From Eubacteriales bacterium (GTDB taxonomy: Bacteria; Bacillota; Clostridia; Oscillospirales; JAAYXM01), in the NCBI GenBank assembly GCA_045636205.1, contig JAZTXE010000042.1, positions 1 to 52,027 on the forward strand: DNA of 52,027 bases, in the 5' to 3' direction. Below the pieces are notes generated by a model. It was not told the DNA's origin and did not search any database. It saw only the letters and a list, made by a program, of their open reading frames with translations. This document shows, in pieces, positions 45,953 through 52,027 of this stretch; position 1 is the first letter of the stretch, and each line of letters begins with the position of its first letter. Made by a program: the position numbers and the translations under genes.

Positions 45953-47641
45953 TTAGTGGTGCTTGCGATGGAGTATATGCGTTTTCCCCTTGAGCAAGCC
46001 ATTGTAAAGCTCAGCGACCATCGGGTTCTCTTCACTGCGCTTAATCTGCGCAACGTTATCCGCGCCGTACAAGCCCTTTGCGCGCTCCGTACGAACTTGT
46101 GCATTCTGCGGGAGCGGCTGACCTGCACCGCCGATACATCCGCCGGTACATGCCATAACCTCTACAAAGTCATATTCAACTTCACCGTTTTTAATCTTCT
46201 TGATAAGAAGGTCCGCATTTTTAAGACCGTTTACTACTGCAATGCGAATTGACTTGTCGCCGAGTTCAAGCGTCAGCTCACGGATGCCTGACATTCCGCG
46301 AACCGGCATAAACGCAATATCACGAAGCTCCTGCTGTGAATGAACCTGCATAACCTGACGGATTACACTTTCGGTAACACCGCCGGTAACGCCGAATATA
46401 ACGCCGGCACCGGAACCGAGACCAAACGGCATATCCGCGCTATCCTCAGGCAAGGATGCAAACTTGATTCCCGCTTCTGCCATCATCATGCAAAGTTCCT
46501 GCGTGGTGATTACAAAATCGACATCCGGACCGTTCTCACCGCAGAATTCAGGCAGCTTAGCCTCAGCTTTCTTTGCGGTACACGGCATGATTGCAACGTT
46601 TATTGTACGCTTGCCTTCCTGCTTATCTTTTTCAGCAAAATACTCTTTTATAACTACGCCGAACATCTCCATCGGAGATTTGCAACTTGAAATATTTTCT
46701 TCAAGCTCGGGATACTTTTCTTTTGCAAATGCCATCCAACCCGGGCAGCATGATGTAAAGAGCGGAAGTTTTTCACCGCTTTCAAGTCTTGCAAGGAACT
46801 CATTGGTTTCCTCGGTCACGGTAAGGTCAGCACCTACGATAGTGTCATAAACCTCATCAAAGCCCATTTTTCGGAGAGCAGCAACGAGTCGTCCCATTTG
46901 CTCGGAACCCGGAGCAAATCCGAATTCCTCACCGATTGCAACACGAACAGCCGGAGCCACCTGAGCAATAACGCGGGTATTCGGATCGCTGAGCGCATCC
47001 CATACAGCGGCATTATCGTTTTTAATAGTGAGTGCACCTGTCGGGCAAACGCTGCGGCACTGACCACAGTTAATGCAGTTTGACTCGCTGAGCGGTTTAT
47101 TGTACGCGGTCATGACCTGAATTGATGCACCGCGGTTTGCAATGCAAATTGCACCCACGCCCTGCACCTCTTCACACATACGCACGCACTCGCCGCACAT
47201 GATGCACTTATTCGGGTCACGCACGATTGACGGACTGGAGTTGTCAACCGGATGGCGTTTCTGTGTATTCTTAAAGCGTACATTGCGCACGCCCATTTTA
47301 AGAGCTAAATCCTGCAGTTTACAACGACCGCTCTTAATACATGTAGTACAATCGCAATCATGGTTTGCAAGCAGAAGCTCAAGAATGTTTCTGCGGTATT
47401 TTCTCAGGCGCGGAGTGTTTGTAAACACCACCATACCATCGTAAGGTATAGTTGAGCAGGAGGTCATGATACGCCCCTTCTCATCCTCTACAATACACAT
47501 GCGGCATGCGCCATAAGTGGAAAGCTCTGAATGGTAACAGAAATTAGGAAGTTCTATTCCCGCGTTGCGGATTACTTCGAGGAGGTTTTTCTCCTGGTCA
47601 AACGTAACTTTATGACCGTTTATGGTAATGCATCCCTTCAT
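45953..47641 (-). CDS. hydA: [FeFe]-hydrogenase catalytic subunit (group A, HydA/HndD-like)
   Basis: H-cluster motifs TSCCPGW, MPCTAKKAE, EVMACTGGCIGGAGQP; N-terminal 2Fe-2S, His-ligated 4Fe-4S and 2x4Fe-4S. Confidence 0.96.
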   Translation of the reverse strand: MKGCITINGHKVTFDQEKNLLEVIRNAGIELPNFCYHSELSTYGACRMCIVEDEKGRIMTSCSTIPYDGMVVFTNTPRLRKYRRNILELLLANHDCDCTTCIKSGRCKLQDLALKMGVRNVRFKNTQKRHPVDNSSPSIVRDPNKCIMCGECVRMCEEVQGVGAICIANRGASIQVMTAYNKPLSESNCINCGQCRSVCPTGALTIKNDNAAVWDALSDPNTRVIAQVAPAVRVAIGEEFGFAPGSEQMGRLVAALRKMGFDEVYDTIVGADLTVTEETNEFLARLESGEKLPLFTSCCPGWMAFAKEKYPELEENISSCKSPMEMFGVVIKEYFAEKDKQEGKRTINVAIMPCTAKKAEAKLPEFCGENGPDVDFVITTQELCMMMAEAGIKFASLPEDSADMPFGLGSGAGVIFGVTGGVTESVIRQVMQVHSQQELRDIAFMPVRGMSGIRELTLELGDKSIRIAVVNGLKNADLLIKKIKNGEVEYDFVEVMACTGGCIGGAGQPLPQNAQVRTERAKGLYGADNVAQIKRSEENPMVAELYNGLLKGKTHILHRKHH

Positions 47642-49527
47642 CAGTTTCCACCTCCTATTGCGCCAAACGGGCAGGTATTAATACATGCACCGCACTTTAT
47701 GCACTTATTCTCATCAATGACAAACGGCTCTTTTATTTTTCCGGAAATAGCCTCAACCGGGCATGCCTTTGCACACTTGCTGCAGCCTTTGCATTTTTCC
47801 GGGTCAATGGCTATCGGTGCAAGCTTTTTGCACACACCTGCCGGACATTTCTTCTGGAAGATATGCGCCTCATACTCATCACGGAAATACTTGAGAGTTG
47901 AGAGAACCGGAGACGCGGCAGATTTTCCCAAACCGCACAATGATGTTACGGAAATGGTCTCACCCAACTCAAGGAGCATATCAATATCGGAAGGTTCGCC
48001 CTCGCCTGCAACTATGCGCTCAAGTATCTCAAGCATACGGCGGGTGCCCTCACGACACGGAATACATTTACCGCATGACTCATTCTGCGTGAAGTTCATG
48101 AAGAATCGCGCGATTTCGACCATGCAGGTATCCTCATCAAGGACAACCAGACCGCCGGAGCCTATCATTGCTCCGACTTCTGAAAGCGAGTCAAAATCCA
48201 GCGGCATATCCAGATATTCAGCCGGCAGACATCCGCCTGACGGACCGCCTATCTGAACCGCTTTAAATGCCTTACCGTTTTTGATTCCGCCGCATATATC
48301 GTATACGATTTCGCGCATGGTAATTCCCATCGGAACTTCTATAAGGCCTGTAATCTCAACATTGCCGGTAACAGCAAATGCCTTTGTTCCCGGGCTTTTC
48401 TCGGTTCCGAGCTTTTTAAACTCATCCGCGCCCTTTAAAATGATATTGGGTACGTTTGCAAAGGTTTCAACATTATTTAAAACCGTCGGCTTGCCGAACA
48501 GTCCCGCTTCTACGGTGCGCGGCGGCTTAACACGCGGCATTCCGCGCTCGCCCTCGATTGACGAGGTAAGAGCACTACCCTCGCCGCATACGAACGCGCC
48601 TGCGCCCTGATTTATGCGGATGTCAAACTTCTTGCCACTGCCCATAATGTCCTCGCCCAGGATACCTGCCTGACGCGCTGCAACTATAGCCTCATTGAGT
48701 CGGCGAACCGCAAGCGGATACTCCGCACGGACATATATGTAACCATACTCACTTCCGACCGCAAGACCGGCTATCATCATGCCCTCAATTATTCTGTGCG
48801 GGTCACCTTCAAGAACCGAACGGTCCATAAATGCGCCGGGGTCACCCTCGTCACCGTTACATACGACATATTTGGGGGAATTCGTCTGACGGCGAACCTG
48901 GCTCCATTTTCTTCCCGCCGGATAACCGCCACCACCGCGGCCACGCAGGCCTGCGTCAGTAACAACCTGACAGACCTCTTCACCGGTCATGGATTCTATA
49001 ACCTTGGCAACCGCAGAGTATCCTCCGCGTGCTATGTATTCTTTAAGCGAATTTACATCCGCCTCGCCGCAATTTTCCAGCGCAACGCGGGTTTGTTTAT
49101 TATAAAACGGTATTTCATGGTATTCGGAGAAAACCTTGTCACCCTTCGAGAAGAAAAGGCGCTCAACCGGTTTTTTGCCGATAAGCGTGGTTTCTACAAT
49201 CTCCTCGCAGTCTGCAACCGTTACTCTGCTGTAAAGCCACTCCTGCGGCTTTACTATAACTATAGGTCCGTTTTCGCAGAAGCCGTGACATGCGCTTTCG
49301 TGGATACCCACTCCGCCGCATTCATGTACATCAATATCTATTTTCGCGTTTATTCCGCGTTCCTTTGCAAGTTCCAAAAGACGCTCGTAAATTTTAACCG
49401 AGCCGCCTGCCACACAACCGGTACCGCCGCAAACCAGAATTCTCATTTCCATAGACTCCAGCGCACGTGAATATTCCTGCTGCAAATGGCGAAGGGCATC
49501 CGTTGATGTTATATTCAAATCGCTCAC
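47641..49527 (-). CDS. hydB: NuoF-like NADH/FMN-binding hydrogenase subunit
   Basis: GLRGRGGGGYP, NGDEGDPGAFMDR, GAGAFVCGE, ESCGKCIPCREG, C-terminal 2x4Fe-4S. Confidence 0.95.
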   Translation of the reverse strand: MSDLNITSTDALRHLQQEYSRALESMEMRILVCGGTGCVAGGSVKIYERLLELAKERGINAKIDIDVHECGGVGIHESACHGFCENGPIVIVKPQEWLYSRVTVADCEEIVETTLIGKKPVERLFFSKGDKVFSEYHEIPFYNKQTRVALENCGEADVNSLKEYIARGGYSAVAKVIESMTGEEVCQVVTDAGLRGRGGGGYPAGRKWSQVRRQTNSPKYVVCNGDEGDPGAFMDRSVLEGDPHRIIEGMMIAGLAVGSEYGYIYVRAEYPLAVRRLNEAIVAARQAGILGEDIMGSGKKFDIRINQGAGAFVCGEGSALTSSIEGERGMPRVKPPRTVEAGLFGKPTVLNNVETFANVPNIILKGADEFKKLGTEKSPGTKAFAVTGNVEITGLIEVPMGITMREIVYDICGGIKNGKAFKAVQIGGPSGGCLPAEYLDMPLDFDSLSEVGAMIGSGGLVVLDEDTCMVEIARFFMNFTQNESCGKCIPCREGTRRMLEILERIVAGEGEPSDIDMLLELGETISVTSLCGLGKSAASPVLSTLKYFRDEYEAHIFQKKCPAGVCKKLAPIAIDPEKCKGCSKCAKACPVEAISGKIKEPFVIDENKCIKCGACINTCPFGAIGGGN

Positions 49528-49554
49528 CTCTCTGTCATTTAAAGCGCAGTGCGC

Positions 49555-50034
49555 CTATTGTTTTTCCTGATTTCTCAGCGTATCAATCAAGTTTTCTGCA
49601 TACTCGGGAGTTACCTTAGAGTGAACCTCTTCATCCACCATCATGACCGGTGCAAGGCCGCATGCTCCGAGGCATGATACGGTTTCAACGGTAAAGAGCA
49701 TATCGTCAGACGTATTCTGACCGTCTGCAAGACCGAGTTTTGCACGCAGCGCGTTAAGAATCGGTATAGACTTTTTAACGTGGCATGCAGTACCGTCACA
49801 TATTCTTATAACGTATTTTCCCTTAGGCTTGAGTGAGAAATTCTCGTAAAAGGTTGCTATGCTGTAGATTTTCGCAACTGTCATGTCCAGCTTTACGGAC
49901 AGATAGTTAAGTGCCTCCTCGGGCAGATAGCGGTATTGCTTCTGCACGTCCTGCAGAATCGGGATAATGTTTTGCCGGCTGCACGCATGGCGATGCAAGA
50001 TAGCGTCAATCGGCGTCAAATCCAATGTTGACAT
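49555..50034 (-). CDS. hydC: NuoE-like 2Fe-2S hydrogenase subunit
   Basis: ICDGTACHV, SCLGACGLAP; start at 50034 behind AAGGAG. Confidence 0.94.
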   Translation of the reverse strand: MSTLDLTPIDAILHRHACSRQNIIPILQDVQKQYRYLPEEALNYLSVKLDMTVAKIYSIATFYENFSLKPKGKYVIRICDGTACHVKKSIPILNALRAKLGLADGQNTSDDMLFTVETVSCLGACGLAPVMMVDEEVHSKVTPEYAENLIDTLRNQEKQ

Positions 50035-50090
50035 AGTTGACTCCTTCCGTTTTTTTCGTTTTGTATTCACGAAATTCTCATATGTAGTCA

Positions 50091-50119
50091 ATTATATAGG
50101 CATTGCAAGTAAAAGTCAA
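50091..50119 (-). promoter_or_regulatory. Sigma-A promoter of hydCBA
   Basis: TTGACT-N17-TATAAT. Confidence 0.8.
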
Positions 50120-50309
50120 TTCGCTAAAATGTACAATAATCTTCGCACAACCGACAAAAAAGGATTATTTTTTTACACACATTCGTTGTGAGTCGATATT
50201 TTTTTCGTTTTTTGTTATTTTTACAAAATTCACGAAACTTTTACAGTATCTTTTCTTGAAATCAGGGAATAAAAAAGATATAATAAAATCGGAAGGTCGT
50301 ATTTTATCT

Positions 50310-50987
50310 TTGATTACCTTACGTCAAATTGAGAAAAGCTACCATTCCAGCGCAGGATGCGTTCACGCACTGAAGAACATAAACCTGAGTATAGTCGACG
50401 GTGAATCGGTGGCAATCGTCGGGCAATCCGGCTCGGGAAAATCTACGCTCATGAACATACTTGGCTTACTTGATATTTCCGCAAAAGGCGAATATATTCT
50501 AAACGGCAGGAATATAAATACTCTCAGTGCAGATGAACGTTCTCTTCTCCGAAGCCGCGAGCTTGGTTTTGTATTTCAGGGTTTTAATTTACTCTCCAGA
50601 ATGAGCGCTTTGGAGAATGTCGAACTCCCGCTCATTTATGCAAATATATCTCGCGAAAAACGCCGTGAGCTTGCACTCGGTGCTCTTGAGCAAGTGGGAT
50701 TGTCCCACAGGGTTTTTCATCGCCCTTCGGAGATGTCCGGCGGTCAGCAACAGCGTGTGGCAATTGCACGGGCGATAATTCGCTCACCCTCCATACTTCT
50801 CGCGGATGAACCTACCGGAAATTTAGACTCATCTTCAGGTAAAGAAATCCTCGACCTGCTTTGTGATCTCAACCGCCGGGGTTCAACGGTTATTTTAATT
50901 ACGCATGATAATGATATAGCAAAGTGTATGTCACGCTGCATCCGAATTTCCGACGGATGTATAGTATACGACAGTAAGTTTTCTTAA
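50310..50987 (+). CDS. ABC transporter ATP-binding protein (LolD/MacB/FtsE-like)
   Basis: GQSGSGKST, MSGGQQQRVAIARA, LLADEPTGNLD, ITHD; probable TTG start at 50310. Confidence 0.9.
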   Translation: MITLRQIEKSYHSSAGCVHALKNINLSIVDGESVAIVGQSGSGKSTLMNILGLLDISAKGEYILNGRNINTLSADERSLLRSRELGFVFQGFNLLSRMSALENVELPLIYANISREKRRELALGALEQVGLSHRVFHRPSEMSGGQQQRVAIARAIIRSPSILLADEPTGNLDSSSGKEILDLLCDLNRRGSTVILITHDNDIAKCMSRCIRISDGCIVYDSKFS

Positions 50988-51024
50988 ACTTTTATTTATT
51001 ATTTATTAGAGAGGTGGATAAAAT

Positions 51025-51513
51025 ATGGAAAGGCGCGACAAATTCAATTACTATCTGGATATAGCCGAAACCGTGCTTGAGCGCGGTACATGTCTGAGAA
51101 GAAACTTCGGCGCGATTATCGTACGCAATGACTCTATCGTATCGACCGGATACACGGGTGCCCCGAGAGGCAGAAAGAACTGCTGTGATCTCAAATTCTG
51201 CAGACGTGAACAGCTTGGCATTCCGCGTGGAGAACGCTACGAGCTGTGCCGCAGTGTCCATGCCGAGGCGAATGCAATTATAGCCGCCCCTCGCACCGAA
51301 ATGATAGGCTCAACCCTTTATCTTGTTGGGCGCGATGCCAAAACCGGAGCACTTGTCGAGAGTGCATCCTCCTGCGCGATGTGCAAACGCATGATAATAA
51401 ACGCAGGAATTGAAAGAGTTGTAATACGCAACAGTCCTGATACATATACTATAATACTCACATCCGATTGGGTAAAGAACGATGACTCACTTGAGGATGT
51501 AACCGGATATTAA
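51025..51513 (+). CDS. dCMP deaminase (ComEB-like zinc-dependent deaminase)
   Basis: TCLRR..GA.IV, GYTGAPRG, CRSVHAEANAI, SCAMCKR. Confidence 0.9.
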   Translation: MERRDKFNYYLDIAETVLERGTCLRRNFGAIIVRNDSIVSTGYTGAPRGRKNCCDLKFCRREQLGIPRGERYELCRSVHAEANAIIAAPRTEMIGSTLYLVGRDAKTGALVESASSCAMCKRMIINAGIERVVIRNSPDTYTIILTSDWVKNDDSLEDVTGY

Positions 51514-51535
51514 TAAATGTACAGGAGGTTTTAAA

Positions 51536-51760
51536 ATGAAAGGATTTATCTCGTTTACTCTTAAGTTTTTGGCGGTCATGGCAGTCGTAGCCGCAGTTGC
51601 ATACTGGCTCAACTATTTCCTCACCGCAGCAGGAAAGAAAGTTTGCTTGAAAGACATTTTGCCTAAGAAGAAAGCAACTGAAGAAACCGAAACTCCGATT
51701 ACCACCGCGTGTAGCTGCAACGACGCGGTTTGCGCAGTTGATATGTGCATGCCGTATTAA
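51536..51760 (+). CDS. Small membrane protein with a Cys-rich C-terminus
   Basis: Strong AGGAGG RBS; one N-terminal TM helix; ends CSCNDAVCAVDMCMPY. Confidence 0.7.
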   Translation: MKGFISFTLKFLAVMAVVAAVAYWLNYFLTAAGKKVCLKDILPKKKATEETETPITTACSCNDAVCAVDMCMPY

Positions 51761-51777
51761 ATCTCTATATTTATTTA

Positions 51778-51834
51778 TGTTTATAAAAATGCAGATGCAG
51801 TGTGGTTTCCACTGCATCTGCATTTTTATAAACA
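51778..51834. repeat. Perfect 25-bp inverted repeat (probable terminator)
   Basis: TGTTTATAAAAATGCAGATGCAGTG-N7-CACTGCATCTGCATTTTTATAAACA. Confidence 0.85.
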
Positions 51835-51848
51835 CTACATATAACAAC

Positions 51849-51880
51849 AAACCCTGTAACCATTACGGTTACAGGGTTTT
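51849..51880 (-). terminator. Hairpin terminator after tRNA-Thr
   Basis: AAACCCTGTAACC-ATTAC-GGTTACAGGGTTT. Confidence 0.8.
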
Positions 51881-51883
51881 CGT

Positions 51884-51959
51884 TGGGGCTGTTACCCGGA
51901 TTTGAACCGGGGTCCTCATCCTTACCAAGGATGCGCTCTACCGACTGAGCTATAACAGC
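51884..51959 (-). tRNA. tRNA-Thr(GGT)
   Basis: GCTGTTA/TAACAGC acceptor, CATCC-TTGGTAA-GGATG anticodon arm, GGTTCAAATCC, encoded CCA. Confidence 0.97.
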
Positions 51960-51989
51960 ATATCCATTTGTTAATCAACGTGCCATATA

Positions 51990-52018
51990 AGTATACGACA
52001 AAAACTCAAAAAAGTCAA
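51990..52018 (-). promoter_or_regulatory. Sigma-A promoter for tRNA-Thr
   Basis: TTGACT-N17-TATACT. Confidence 0.8.
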
Positions 52019-52027
52019 TTCTTTTTT

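Noticed and set aside
50041-50240. Rex operator upstream of hydCBA
   Set aside because: Only partial matches (TTGTTA.., repeated ATTCACGAAA); no convincing TTGTTAA-N4-TTAACAA palindrome
1-52027. CRISPR arrays, IS elements, prophage genes, rRNA
   Set aside because: No regularly spaced repeats, transposase, integrase or rRNA-like sequence found by eye

Overview
52 kb of core chromosome from an anaerobic Firmicute (Clostridia; Oscillospiraceae/Ruminococcaceae-like by gene content). Left end: S10/spc ribosomal protein operon (rpsJ to rpsN, minus strand) with a long structured leader. Right part: L7Ae-rpsL-rpsG-fusA-tuf, a trimeric [FeFe]-hydrogenase (hydCBA) and tRNA-Thr(GGT). The ~33 kb between tuf and rpsJ holds mixed accessory genes: an orphan E1 alpha/beta pair, GH43, tRNA-Gly(CCC), an EF-G/TetM-like GTPase fused to a Rae1/YacP NYN ribonuclease, fruK-ptsH-ptsI, metal/oxidative stress genes (mntR, ferritin-VIT1, trxB, reverse rubrerythrin, perR) and tyrA. 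The most notable locus (27982-34897) has two T-box riboswitches read directly from the sequence. A Leu (CUC) T-box controls a catalytically degenerate LeuA that keeps its leucine-binding regulatory domain, coupled to a TIM-barrel/acyl-CoA synthetase fusion. An Ile (AUC) T-box controls an XRE-cupin/acyl-CoA synthetase fusion. My inference is an amino-acid-sensing system that salvages branched short-chain fatty acids (isovalerate, 2-methylbutyrate) into Leu/Ile. No CRISPR array, integrase or transposase was seen. All calls come from reading motifs by eye; no database searches were run.
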